This document shows positions 20,375-30,426 of a stretch of DNA of 64,000 nucleotides, one piece after another. Every line of letters starts with the position of its first letter. The first letter of the stretch is position 1. Below the pieces are notes generated by a model that did not search any database, was not told where the DNA came from, and worked only from the letters and a program-made list of their open reading frames with translations. Position numbers and translations under genes: made by a program. The DNA is from Candidatus Aminicenantales bacterium. GTDB lineage: Bacteria > Acidobacteriota > Aminicenantia > Aminicenantales > UBA4085. The stretch spans positions 1-64,000 of the forward strand of contig JBEKTZ010000008.1 in the NCBI GenBank assembly GCA_049515535.1, given 5' to 3'.

Positions 20375-20572
20375 TCAAAACAATTCGAACACTCTTTTGC
20401 AATCTGAACAATGCCAGACCTCAATGTTCGCTTCAGGATATTTATTCGAATTGCCGCTAGGCCCGGCAGCATAAGACGTGAACCCCTTATAAGTATTTGT
20501 GGATTGGCAATAGGGACACTTCCCATCGAAAGTTTTTTTGGAAAGCCGCTCGATCGTTTCGTTTTCTTCCAT
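20375..20572 (-). CDS. small zinc-ribbon protein
   Basis: CPYC...CSDC; SD GAGGAGGGG. Confidence 0.65.
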   Translation of the reverse strand: MEENETIERLSKKTFDGKCPYCQSTNTYKGFTSYAAGPSGNSNKYPEANIEVWHCSDCKRVFELF

Positions 20573-20574
20573 AT

Positions 20575-20742
20575 TTATTCCCCCTCCTCAATCGTTATCT
20601 TCTCCACCCTGCAGTACTCCGGCCGCTGATCGAAATCCTCGTTCGTCCCGAGGTTGTAGAATCGGCAGAAGTAAAGAAACCGGCGCTTCTCCCCGAACGG
20701 GCAGGTCGGGCAATTCTCAGGGACAATGATTCGATCAACCAT
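20575..20742 (-). CDS. 55-aa Cys-containing protein (below ORF-track cutoff)
   Basis: MVDRIIVPENCPTCPF...FCRFY...RPEYCRVEKITIEEGE*; stop abuts the next ATG. Confidence 0.5.
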   Translation of the reverse strand: MVDRIIVPENCPTCPFGEKRRFLYFCRFYNLGTNEDFDQRPEYCRVEKITIEEGE

Positions 20743-20784
20743 AGGTAATTTCCCATGAGACCGTCGGCCTGTCTCTCCCGCCTC

Positions 20785-21174
20785 TTATCTTTGAAAAAAG
20801 ACTTGGCCTCCACCTCTTTTTGGCGTTCCTCCATTTTTTCTACAAATCGGACATGTGAAGATCCCTGGGGTCGCTGATTCATGAAGATTAATTAATTTAT
20901 TTTCAGAGTCCCAACATCCGGAACAATACGGACCGGTTTTAATCCCATCTTTCCCATTTTTATATATAGCATTATTTTCAAAATACACGGAATCTTTCGT
21001 CTTAAGCGTTTCATTCAGACGAGCGACCTCTTCCCTCAACTCCTGGTTCTCTCTTTGAGTATCGATTATTTTTTCTTGGATCTCAATGAGTTTGTTATAA
21101 AGATCAATATTTCCGGCTTTCTGTAGGGCCTTCCCTATCAATTGAACATCCGAAATAATTCCCATCCTATTCAC
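20785..21174 (-). CDS. coiled-coil + zinc-ribbon protein (prophage-like)
   Basis: Heptad N-half, then GPYCSGCWD...CPIC. Confidence 0.7.
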   Translation of the reverse strand: MNRMGIISDVQLIGKALQKAGNIDLYNKLIEIQEKIIDTQRENQELREEVARLNETLKTKDSVYFENNAIYKNGKDGIKTGPYCSGCWDSENKLINLHESATPGIFTCPICRKNGGTPKRGGGQVFFQR

Positions 21175-21186
21175 TCCTTTTTTACA

Positions 21187-22917
21187 TCAAGTTCCCTTTA
21201 AAACCATCTGTTCTTTTTTAGGTTTCTTAAACTTCTCTGCTTTCTTAAACGTTGCCCCCAATTGCCGGACCGGGGGCATGTCAATGGCCTTGACAGCCAG
21301 GATCTCGGCAACCGTGAGTAACTGGAGCTTCGGGTGCTTCGTCCCCCAGGCCCTATGTTCATAAAATCCAGCGGTCACCGCTTCTGTCTGCATCGGCTTA
21401 GTCGGCTCATCCATAGAAATAAGGGCCCCGATTGCGGCCTTCTCACGCTCGACAACGCCTCGGAGATCTCGGATATCAGTGGCTTTTAGATTGCCGCCCT
21501 TTACGGAGATGATGACGGTCTCAAATTCTCCGGGTTTTTCTCCTTGGAAGATGATCTTCCCGTCAATCCCCTTGTCAGCCCCTTTCTTCCGCTCGACAGG
21601 ACGAGCCCCGACAAGGCCAAGTGCCCAGTATTGGAATTGATAGGGATCTGATTCAGCGAGCGCGGCCGCGTCCGGGACAGAAACGGGCTCTCCAATGACT
21701 TGGTATTTCGCTTGATCCCCGAAAGCATCCTTAAGCCTAGTTTTCATTAGGGTGATCGCCAGGTGCGTGATATCAATTCCGATCCATTTTCTTTGGAGCT
21801 TTTGAGAAGCAGCGATAGTCGTTCCGCATCCACAGAACGGATCAAGCACTATATCATCCTTATTTGAGCTCGCTTTTATTATTCGGCCCAGCAAGCCCTC
21901 AGGCTTCTGCGTCTGGTAGCCCAATCTTTCCCGATCTCGCGTGGAGAGCCAGCGAGCATCCTCGTCAATCCCTTCTTCAGTACCAAAAACAGTTCCATTC
22001 GTATAGGGCTGGAACGCCCAAATATCCGATAATAACTGCCCATCATCTTTTTTTAAACGCCGCTCATACATTGGCCATGCTTGTCCAGGATCTATCTTTA
22101 TGAACCCAAGTTCAAAAAGTCTATCCAACTTTTGATGCTGAGATAGACCTGACATGTCTTCATCAATATCATCTAATAAGGCTCCGGGGAGTGCCCAGTG
22201 CCTGTTTTTCGCGGAGGGATCGATTCCACGCCACGTTTTCCCGGATTCCCCTCCGCGCAATCCCGCCCCGGTAAGGACGTTCCCATAATATGCAGTTTTG
22301 TATCCAGAATCGTCCTTAACAAAATTCTCTTCAACGTGGCCTTTCATATAAGGGCGTTTAGGATAATTCCACGTAAAGTTCCCCGTTCTCGTATAGAAAA
22401 GAATTACGTCGTGGATGGGCCCATATCTAAGCAATTTATTATGTGATCCTGTCCGTCGCCATATGATTTCATTCCTAAAATGTTCGGGTCCGAAAACCGC
22501 ATCCATCAGCATCTTGAGGTAATGGCTGGCCACCGGATCACAATGAAAATAAATACTTGCCGTTGGCTTCATCACCCGCCGAAGCTCAACGAGCCTCGGT
22601 GTCATCATGACCAGGTAGGCTAGCATATCGCATGGGCCTAGAAATTTTCTGAAAGCTTGAACGCAGTCCGCTACCTTCCCGCCTTTTGTTATGAGTTCGG
22701 CGTATGTTTCTTCGCCCTCCTGGTTCCAAGTCCAGGTATCCTCGAACGCCCGGATCTGACTGGCTGCTCGGGCGCCATTCTGCTCCTTGTAGAGGATATT
22801 GTAGCTCTGGTCGCTTTTAAACGGCGGATCGAGATAGACCAGGTCTATGCTATCGTCCTTTATGTATCGCTGGAGAATGTCTAGGTTGTCGCCGTAGTAG
22901 AGGGTATTCTCGTCCAT
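21187..22917 (-). CDS. N6/N4 DNA methyltransferase fused to an Mrr-like endonuclease domain
   Basis: YLDPPF, DPFCGCGTT, TQKPEGLL; C-terminal GADKGIDG...SVKGG. Confidence 0.9.
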   Translation of the reverse strand: MDENTLYYGDNLDILQRYIKDDSIDLVYLDPPFKSDQSYNILYKEQNGARAASQIRAFEDTWTWNQEGEETYAELITKGGKVADCVQAFRKFLGPCDMLAYLVMMTPRLVELRRVMKPTASIYFHCDPVASHYLKMLMDAVFGPEHFRNEIIWRRTGSHNKLLRYGPIHDVILFYTRTGNFTWNYPKRPYMKGHVEENFVKDDSGYKTAYYGNVLTGAGLRGGESGKTWRGIDPSAKNRHWALPGALLDDIDEDMSGLSQHQKLDRLFELGFIKIDPGQAWPMYERRLKKDDGQLLSDIWAFQPYTNGTVFGTEEGIDEDARWLSTRDRERLGYQTQKPEGLLGRIIKASSNKDDIVLDPFCGCGTTIAASQKLQRKWIGIDITHLAITLMKTRLKDAFGDQAKYQVIGEPVSVPDAAALAESDPYQFQYWALGLVGARPVERKKGADKGIDGKIIFQGEKPGEFETVIISVKGGNLKATDIRDLRGVVEREKAAIGALISMDEPTKPMQTEAVTAGFYEHRAWGTKHPKLQLLTVAEILAVKAIDMPPVRQLGATFKKAEKFKKPKKEQMVLKGT

Positions 22918-23443
22918 CGAAGGCCTCCCGTTTAAACCCTAGGAGGATTCTAATCCAAAGGCGTGGGCCAGGGCAACCCTCATCTTGGAGGCCTTCTCCT
23001 TTCCTCTGCTTGTCGATCTGGAACCGCAAGGATGGTCAGCGGCGGTTTTAGCTGTAGCGGAAAGGAGGGCGGCTATTCAGCCGACCCGGGCTCACCATTG
23101 CAGCAGGGGAAGAAATCTTTATGGAGATGCCCCCGCATGGCTTCCAGGCGGGCGCATGGGCAGGGCTGGGGCGCATCGGCTCAAAGCTATACCTACGCGC
23201 TATGCTATAGAGCATAGCATAGCTATATATATATTATTAATAAATATAAATATGAGCATAGCAAAGCAGGATCCACGCCTAGCTGAGCTGCGGCTTGGCT
23301 AGAGGCCATTGCAGAGCAGGGGCGAGCGCGCGCAGGCCAATAACCATTGCGTTTGGGGAACTTGGATATATGACTTTGCGCTCGCCAGACGCGTGTGAAC
23401 CTAAGGAAAGCATGTATCCTCGGCCGGGCCTTCCAACGCCAGT

Positions 23444-23993
23444 GTATGACCTTCGAAATCTTTCTAATTGACTCGGAAAAGATTTTGAGGACGCAAATAA
23501 AGACAACATCAAATCGCTCATAGGGAGAATCGAGCAAAAAACGTTTACGCGAAGAACTGGATCGGAAGTCCCCTATCAAGAGAGCACGAAACGAGATTTC
23601 CGAATAACGATTAGAAAATTCTATAAATGGCTCCGAGGAACGGAAGAACTCCCGGAAGAGGTGAAATGGATAAAATCCAATCGCAAAAAATGCCAAAGAA
23701 TCAAGCTTCCAGAAGAGATGTTTACTGAAGAAGACACAAAGAACATGATTAACGCTGCGGAGAATCCCCGCGACAAAGCCTTCATTGCCGTCCTATACGA
23801 AAGCGGTTGCAGAATCGGGGAAATGCCATTTCTTAGATTAAAGCATATAAAATTCGACCAGTATGGAGCTCAGCTATTAGGGGATGGCAAGCCCGGGTAT
23901 AGAAGAATAAGAATAATTGCGTCCGCTCCATATCTCACAGAATGGATCAATAAGCTAGAAAGGCGGAAAATCCTTCATTTCTCGGGGGATTAG
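23444..23993 (+). pseudogene. tyrosine recombinase/integrase fragment (archaeal-like style)
   Basis: In frame: YDLRNLSN*LGKDFEDANK...RKFYKWL...RDKAFIAVLYESGCRIGE...DGKPGYRRIRI. TGA at 23469; the HxxR/Tyr half is missing. Confidence 0.85.
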
Positions 23994-24352
23994 GTGGGGT
24001 GAGCGAGTATCCAAATCTATAACTCCATTCATAGATTTTTTGAAATATAATTCGATTTCCCCATATATAGAATCTTTACGCCAGTGTATCGGAAGGAATG
24101 TAGAGTAATCCCATAATCAGTTGGCAATCGGGGACGCATAAACGAAAAAATTGTTTGAGAATCGATTTGTGTTACTAAGATTTATTGATATAGTGAGCTC
24201 TGAGAAAATCTTAGAAATCATTCAATGTAAAGATGAAATATGATTCATTAAATCGATTCGTAATTCGATAATATATGCTTTGCTAAGAAGCGGCAAGGTC
24301 TTAAAAATCTCACTTCAGAAGAGGCACATTGAGTGGGGGCGGATCAAAATAA

Positions 24353-25288
24353 CTAAGCAACAACGATCTTGATACTATTCAGATTTAAGTAAGAATCCTT
24401 AATCTCTTTCAAATACCATTCAGCATTCTCCTTTGCTCTCTCGGGCATATAGTGGTCAGTAAGCGTTCTAATTGCCGCTAGGCCAAAAGTGATTGTCATG
24501 CGAGCTATAGATGGAACCTCAGAGGGGAGCCTAAGCTGTGAAAATGATACCACTCCCGGCCCTTCAATCGAAAACTTATCCTCCATAATATCTGTTCCAT
24601 GAACTAATTCAGACCAAGAACGATATAATATCTCGTACAGGGCTGGAAACCCCAGGTGTTCTGCTAATTGGCATACATCGTTTGAGCCGCCGTGCATACT
24701 ATACCAATGTCTGGGCGGCTTGCCTTTAGTGGACTTTATTCTTTCATATTCATCGCTGGATTCTTTATAGGACGGAAGTTCAAAAAGCTTCTTTAGCTTT
24801 TCAATCCGCTCTTCAATATCCGGTATAACTCCCGATGGCATATATTTAAGAATTTTATCTTTCGCTTTCTTCTTTTCATACTGGATGTATAGATCATCCT
24901 TTGGATCAAATCGCCTATAGGAAAGTATCTTTTTATGTCTTTTCCATACCAAAAAATCCATGCCTCTTGATTTGAGGTCTTTTTCAAAAAGGTAATTAAT
25001 ATTAAGTAAAGATTCAAAAAGGGATCTCAGAAGAATGTTGCAAGGCTCAATACAAGAATTCCTAATTAACACCGAGATGGAATCTATTAATTCAAAAATA
25101 TTTCTATACATGAGGAATGCGGGCACATTTTCATCGCCTTCTTTAATACTATCCATGCCCCACCTGAAAACATGAGAACCATAGTTTATGACTTCTTCTA
25201 TCAACGAAGAAATATGAACTAAGATACTCCTAACCTCGGGATTATCTATTTCCCTGGGAATGAATTCATTTATAGGTTTTGTAGGCAT
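24353..25288 (-). CDS. DUF5677-like (HEPN-like) protein
   Basis: ILLRSLFE and LYRSWSELVHG patterns. Confidence 0.6.
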   Translation of the reverse strand: MPTKPINEFIPREIDNPEVRSILVHISSLIEEVINYGSHVFRWGMDSIKEGDENVPAFLMYRNIFELIDSISVLIRNSCIEPCNILLRSLFESLLNINYLFEKDLKSRGMDFLVWKRHKKILSYRRFDPKDDLYIQYEKKKAKDKILKYMPSGVIPDIEERIEKLKKLFELPSYKESSDEYERIKSTKGKPPRHWYSMHGGSNDVCQLAEHLGFPALYEILYRSWSELVHGTDIMEDKFSIEGPGVVSFSQLRLPSEVPSIARMTITFGLAAIRTLTDHYMPERAKENAEWYLKEIKDSYLNLNSIKIVVA

Positions 25289-25542
25289 TGTGTTAGCTTT
25301 ATCAGAGAAGCAAATAACGATTAACGTAATTTAGATGAGGCTCATCGAACTGCAGATAATAGCAGATGATTTTATTGACCAATGTTTCCCCTTTCAGAAT
25401 AATGGGCTTTGAGCGGAGTATTGTCAAGCTGCGTGGCCAGAGCTATCCTGAACATCTTCTTCCCGCCCTGTTCGGCTACATCGTAGACTATCCCGGCTTT
25501 ATCAAGGTACGTCTTGGTCCGGCCGAATGTCAATTCATATAA

Positions 25543-25571
25543 TTGACAATTAGAAAGTAATTAATCATAAT
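25543..25571 (+). promoter_or_regulatory. sigma70-type promoter
   Basis: TTGACA-N17-CATAAT upstream of ATG 25594, at the head of the plus-strand gene string. Confidence 0.7.
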
Positions 25572-25593
25572 AAACCTCTACTAAAAGAGGGGT

Positions 25594-26058
25594 ATGCCGA
25601 TTAAAAGCAAATGTTCTATTTATCTAAAATATTTAGCATATTCATTATCTTTCCTGATCTTCATTTTTTATTGTCTTTCATGTAAAAGTGGAGCTCCGAC
25701 AACTCCTACTACGTCAACTAGCTCATCGACCTCAACTTCGTCTACGACTAGTTCCACAGCATCAACATCAACAAGTACTTCAACAATAATTTCTACAACA
25801 TCAACATCTAGCTCAACAACTTCTTCTTCGACTTCAACAAGTTCTTCAACATCTTCTTCGACAACTACAACGACCGTTCTGGTTACTACCGTTTACATTA
25901 CAAATTCCGGAACTAAATATCATTTAGACGGCTGCCAATACCTTGCAAATAGCAAAATTGCTATATCTTTGGTTGATGCTTGCAAACAAGGATATGAACC
26001 TTGTTCTGTTTGCAAACCGCCTCCCTGTCCAGAATCTTTTCACTTTGAGAATAAATAA
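25594..26058 (+). CDS. lipoprotein with Ser/Thr linker and small Cys/His metal-binding domain
   Basis: LSC lipobox; long S/T run; VYITNSGTKYHLDGCQYL...GYEPCSVCKP. Confidence 0.8.
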   Translation: MPIKSKCSIYLKYLAYSLSFLIFIFYCLSCKSGAPTTPTTSTSSSTSTSSTTSSTASTSTSTSTIISTTSTSSSTTSSSTSTSSSTSSSTTTTTVLVTTVYITNSGTKYHLDGCQYLANSKIAISLVDACKQGYEPCSVCKPPPCPESFHFENK

Positions 26059-26163
26059 TTTCAATTTTGCTATACGAAATTGTCCACATTGTGGAAAAAA
26101 GCTGGAGTAACTGTCTAGCAAATTTGCTTTGATACTTTCGTTCAGCAAGTTGAGACGGATATT

Positions 26164-27660
26164 ATGAAAAAACATATTCTAAGGCTTAGGGCTCATTTCA
26201 TCTCAATAATCATATTTTTATTATTTAATCTTCCGATTTATTCCGAGGGCATAAAAATTGCCACGTGGAATTTGCTCAATTTTCCCGGCAGCACAGGATC
26301 ATCCCGAGAAATTGACTTTCGTAAGGTCGTTGATCAATTAGGGCTGGACATTCTCATAGTACAGGAAATGACCAGCTATGAAGGCGTTAATGAATTTAAA
26401 AACAATGTGATGAATTATTCATCTCCTGGGAAATATGAAGCGGCAAGTTTTTATGACGGCCCTGATACAGACAATGAAGCCTTTTTCAATAAAGCAACCA
26501 TTTCCCTTATCAGCCAATCAAAGATCCCGACCTCTCTTCGTGATATCTCGGAATATTTATTCGAGATAAAAGCCGGGTCTGGAACAGGATTACGTTTTAG
26601 AATTTATTCTGCGCACTTAAAAGCCGGGACAGCTGCCGATGATAAGAATGAACGAGCTCAAGAAGCAACTGTCTTGAGAAATTATCTGAATGATCTCCCG
26701 CCGAATAGCTATTTTCTCGTTTGCGGCGATTTTAATATGGAATCTAGCAATGAATCTGCTTTTGGAATTCTTGCGGGTAACCAATCAGATAACGACGGCC
26801 GCGTGAAAGATCCAATAAATAAGCTCGGGGATTGGTATAACAATTCAGCATTTGCAAAGCTTGACACCCAGTCAACCAGGGCAATCCAGTTCGGAGGAGG
26901 CGCTTCTGGAGGATTAGATGATCGATTCGACTTGGTTTTAATCTCTTATGCGCTCGACGGCGCTAATGATCTCATCTATAAACAGGGAAGCTATTTTGCC
27001 TTTGGGAACGACGGAAATCATCTTAATAAAGCGGTAAATGATGGAACAAATGAGGCCGTTAATTCCGAAATAGCAAACGCATTATATGAAGCATCCGATC
27101 ACCTTCCGGTCGTCATCGAAATAGATGCAACAAATACCATCGAAACCCATGCCTTAACGATAGTATCAGGCACAGGTGGCACTACGATACCCTCGCCTGG
27201 AACCTTCCATTACGGAGTTGGAACTCAGGTTGCAGTGACCGCGATTCCGGACGCTTTCTTTAAATTTGCGAATTGGACAGGAAATGTAGCTAGTGGACAT
27301 GAATTTGATAATCCGCTTTCAATCACGATGGATTCCGATAAATTATTGACAGCGAATTTTCTAAGGATCATCTATCCTCCGCTCCAACTTGCCGGGCAGA
27401 AAGTTCTTAACCGCTCTTTATCTCAAGCTGAATATATTAATGTGATCACATGGAATCCGAATCCTAATAATGCGAATATCGTTGGATATAGAATTCGTCA
27501 AATAGAGGTAAATTCCGATTTTTTACTAGCCGAAGTGAACAGTTCAACCTCTAAACTCCAGCATAGGAAAGTTGAAAAGAACAAAACTTACACGTATTCC
27601 GTCGTGGCCGTGAACAACGAGAACAGAGAAGGCAATCCTGCATATGTGACGATTCGATGA
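26164..27660 (+). CDS. secreted EEP (endonuclease/exonuclease/phosphatase) protein + InlB-like repeat + FN3
   Basis: IATWNL, VQE, HLKA, GDFN, RFD and SDHLPV motifs; C-terminal beta domains. Confidence 0.9.
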   Translation: MKKHILRLRAHFISIIIFLLFNLPIYSEGIKIATWNLLNFPGSTGSSREIDFRKVVDQLGLDILIVQEMTSYEGVNEFKNNVMNYSSPGKYEAASFYDGPDTDNEAFFNKATISLISQSKIPTSLRDISEYLFEIKAGSGTGLRFRIYSAHLKAGTAADDKNERAQEATVLRNYLNDLPPNSYFLVCGDFNMESSNESAFGILAGNQSDNDGRVKDPINKLGDWYNNSAFAKLDTQSTRAIQFGGGASGGLDDRFDLVLISYALDGANDLIYKQGSYFAFGNDGNHLNKAVNDGTNEAVNSEIANALYEASDHLPVVIEIDATNTIETHALTIVSGTGGTTIPSPGTFHYGVGTQVAVTAIPDAFFKFANWTGNVASGHEFDNPLSITMDSDKLLTANFLRIIYPPLQLAGQKVLNRSLSQAEYINVITWNPNPNNANIVGYRIRQIEVNSDFLLAEVNSSTSKLQHRKVEKNKTYTYSVVAVNNENREGNPAYVTIR

Positions 27661-27806
27661 AAAAATAGCAGCAAAAGCTGGATCTCCTAGGCTTTGCGAT
27701 TAAAGAGATACCCTAACGGCGAAGGGAGGCCTCATGATGAAAGACGAAGGAAGGCGGGAATAATTCTCATGGGACGGAACCGGGTCCGAAAGAAAGGGGA
27801 AATAAC

Positions 27807-28442
27807 ATGACTATTGAAGAACGCTTGGAGAACATGGAAAGAGAACTGGGGCGTCAGAAGCGGCGTAACCGCTGGCTGTTGGGAGCGATTCTGCTTGTAG
27901 TCGTGGGCTTGATCGCCCCCGTATTGTTAAAGACAGCGCCTTTACAGGCACGGGCACAAGTGCCAGGAGCGGTCAAGGAGGTTCGGGCCAATAGAATCGT
28001 ACTGGAGGACGAAAACGGAAGGATCCGCGTTAAGTTGATCGTGGACAAATATGGCCCAGGCCTTAGGCTATATGATGAAAATAGCAAACTCTGCGGCGAG
28101 TTGAGCGTGGATAAAGATGGCCCGTTTTTGTCGCTTTTGGACAAGAATGGCGAAATCCGCGCCCACTTGGCGGCGTCCGAAGATGGCCCGTTTTTGTCGC
28201 TTATGGACAAAACTGGTAAAGAGCGCGCTGTGCTGGCCGAAACCAATTATAGCGCGCTCCTATCGCTATATGACGAGAACGGCAAGATCCGCGCCGGGTT
28301 GGAGGCGTCCAAAAATGGCCCGAGCCTGAAGCTGAATGATGAAAACGGTAAGATCAGCGCCGTGCTGAGCGTGTTCAAAAATGGCCCGAGCCTGGGGCTG
28401 TATGACAAAAATGGCAATGTTATCTGGAGCGCGATAAAATAG
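27807..28442 (+). CDS. membrane-anchored beta-repeat protein
   Basis: TM, then ~22-aa GP-L-L-D-NG--R repeats. Confidence 0.85.
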   Translation: MTIEERLENMERELGRQKRRNRWLLGAILLVVVGLIAPVLLKTAPLQARAQVPGAVKEVRANRIVLEDENGRIRVKLIVDKYGPGLRLYDENSKLCGELSVDKDGPFLSLLDKNGEIRAHLAASEDGPFLSLMDKTGKERAVLAETNYSALLSLYDENGKIRAGLEASKNGPSLKLNDENGKISAVLSVFKNGPSLGLYDKNGNVIWSAIK

Positions 28443-28613
28443 CTAAAGACACGGGAATGCGGAAATAATTCTCATGACTAGGATCAGATACCAGGAAGCC
28501 GCTGGGCTGGAAGTGAAGCGGGGACGTCCGCCGCTGGGGCCGGGGTATAAAATACCGAATAGATTAACAGGGGAACATTCACTGTTTAGGTTAATAAATA
28601 GGGAGGGAGGCCA

Positions 28614-29147
28614 TTGAATAAAAAAAGAGTTTTAGTCTTAGTTGTCGGAATTTTGGTTTTTGGGCTTCTTGGTTATGAATTATTTCAAATTAGAAGCATT
28701 AAATCTCAGATCGAAGACATGGAATGGAGGTTTGCGCTCCAAGAAAAATCTCAAGAGGATACTATAACAACGGATGTTGGCACAATTCAGTTTCTGAAGA
28801 GGGGTTATTCGATCCATATCGAAAGTGCAAGGTTCATGGCAGAGGGCCTTTACCTTAAAGGTTATGTTGGGAATCCCTTGAATATTTGGGTAAGCAATCT
28901 AACCCTAAAATTCGTCGTTACGAAACCGCTGTATGAATATAAAGACCAGTTTTATAAAACAAACAGCCCGTATTTTTTCTGGTTTGGAGCTGAGAATATA
29001 GGAGATGCTCAGACTTCTCCTATTGTATCGTTATTACCTAGTAAAAGAGCTCCATTTGAAGTCACGATTCCCAATGTAAAACAGACAAAGGAGGGATTAA
29101 GAATAGCTGTTTCATTCACCGGTGAACGTTATAGCTATTTAGAATAA
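28614..29147 (+). CDS. membrane-anchored hypothetical protein
   Basis: TTG start with SD GGAGGGAGG; N-terminal TM. Confidence 0.75.
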   Translation: MNKKRVLVLVVGILVFGLLGYELFQIRSIKSQIEDMEWRFALQEKSQEDTITTDVGTIQFLKRGYSIHIESARFMAEGLYLKGYVGNPLNIWVSNLTLKFVVTKPLYEYKDQFYKTNSPYFFWFGAENIGDAQTSPIVSLLPSKRAPFEVTIPNVKQTKEGLRIAVSFTGERYSYLE

Positions 29148-29305
29148 TTTTTTCTCTGTAAAAAAAGGTTGATCATTTCTAAGATGAGGCAGGGAAGGCC
29201 GGGTCATCGCCAGCCTTCCCGATGAGAAGTGACGCCGTGATGGCGAAGGATGCGCCTCATAGGAAGAGACGCTTGAGCAATAGATTTTTCTCACATGAGG
29301 AGAAG

Positions 29306-29665
29306 ATGGACAAAAGTCAAATGAAGTGTGGATGTTGTGATAATCAGGAAAAGGACATTATAGAAATATTCAGGGAATCTGGTCCTTCTAATGAGCACTT
29401 CATTTACTATTTAATTTGCGGTCACGAATATGTCAGCGATGATGTCTCTGAATTTCTTGGAATCCAAGAATTTATTAGGACGGAATATACGGAATATAAA
29501 GATAACAAGGGGAAGCTTCTGAGCGTCTTTAAAACAAAGATAAGTGGCGAAACCAAAAGACCAGCCAGAGAGACAATTAAGATTGATCATGAGAATAGAT
29601 CACATCATCATATTGTCGAAGAGCAAAATGAAAAAGGAGAATGGGAAATAGTATATAACCAATAA
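29306..29665 (+). CDS. hypothetical protein with Cys cluster
   Basis: MDKSQMKCGCC...ICGH; SD GAGGAG. The ORF-track 5' extension lies within the repeat element. Confidence 0.55.
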   Translation: MDKSQMKCGCCDNQEKDIIEIFRESGPSNEHFIYYLICGHEYVSDDVSEFLGIQEFIRTEYTEYKDNKGKLLSVFKTKISGETKRPARETIKIDHENRSHHHIVEEQNEKGEWEIVYNQ

Positions 29666-29764
29666 ATGATAACAAAGGCAGGGACCCCAGGGGACGCTGG
29701 TTAGCGTTCGGTTGCCTCATAGGAGAGACGGCCGGGCAAGATAATATTCTCAAAGGAGGGTGTG

Positions 29765-29950
29765 ATGAGACCATAATTTGAGGTTTTCAAAGACAGTGCA
29801 TGGCAATTCCGCTTTCGGCTCAGGGCTCCAAATGGAGAAATCATCGCGACAAGTGAAGGGTACACGACCAAGCAAGCTTGTCTAATTGGAATAGACGGCC
29901 AGCCTTTAAATCTCGCCTTTATTAAGGGCGGGGAAATGATAAATTCTTAA
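29765..29950 (+). pseudogene. YegP/DUF1508-family pseudogene
   Basis: MRP*FEVFKDSAWQFRFRLRAPNGEIIATSEGYTTKQAC; TAA at codon 4; SD AGGAGG. Confidence 0.8.
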
Positions 29951-29991
29951 TTGTTATTTTTATGTTATAATATTTAAAGAGGGAGATTGTT

Positions 29992-30423
29992 ATGAAGCAA
30001 GAAGATCTGATTTTGGCGGCGTTCGGCGCTTCTAAGATTCACTCATATGAACCTGTTCAAATACAAAAGCTCATTTTTATTTTCCAGCAAAGAGCATCCC
30101 AATTTTTTAAAGTTAGACCGTTTGATTTTCGTGCTTATGATTATGGCCCTTTTTCCGTAGATATATATTCTCGTCTTGATGAATTAGCGGCAGAAGGATA
30201 TATAATTATCGAGGGTGAACCGTATAGCCGTTATCGGCTTTATTGTCTTAGCGAATCAGGAAAAGAGAAGGCAAAAAGCTTTCTTGATCTAATTCCTGAT
30301 CCTTACAAGAAATACCTGCATCAGCTCGCCGATTGGATCCAGTCCCAAACTTTTTCTCAACTTGTAGGGGCAGTATATAAGGAATTTCCGGCGATGCGGG
30401 CTAATAGTGTTTTCCACGATTAA
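29992..30423 (+). CDS. SocA/Panacea-like (DUF4065-like) protein
   Basis: IQKLIF...FRAYDYGPFS-DIY--LDEL motif. Confidence 0.7.
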   Translation: MKQEDLILAAFGASKIHSYEPVQIQKLIFIFQQRASQFFKVRPFDFRAYDYGPFSVDIYSRLDELAAEGYIIIEGEPYSRYRLYCLSESGKEKAKSFLDLIPDPYKKYLHQLADWIQSQTFSQLVGAVYKEFPAMRANSVFHD

Positions 30424-30426
30424 ACG

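Larger units (their letters stand above)
16703..29755. repeat. Repeat family 2: structured intergenic element ATGAGGC...GCCTCAT-n5-6-AGACG...ATTCTCA
   Basis: Full copies at 17686-17762 (-), 19865-19943 (-) and 29183-29260 (+). Partial copies at ~16703-16785 (-), ~27716-27770 (+), ~28446-28474 (+) and ~29675-29752 (+). All are oriented with local transcription. Confidence 0.85.

Noticed and set aside
23469..23471. TGA recoding (Trp/Sec) in the integrase
   Set aside because: The gene is also truncated at both ends and many genes here stop at TGA, so a nonsense mutation is simpler.
29183..29260. Hammerhead, HDV-like ribozyme or fluoride riboswitch reading of the family-2 element
   Set aside because: The CCGAUGAG/GGCGAA resemblance is superficial: the required pairings are missing and GAUGAG at that position is not kept in the other copies.
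16703..29755. Classical integron
   Set aside because: No GTTRRRY/RYYYAAC attC ends seen, and the integrase relic shows no IntI-specific features in the part that remains.
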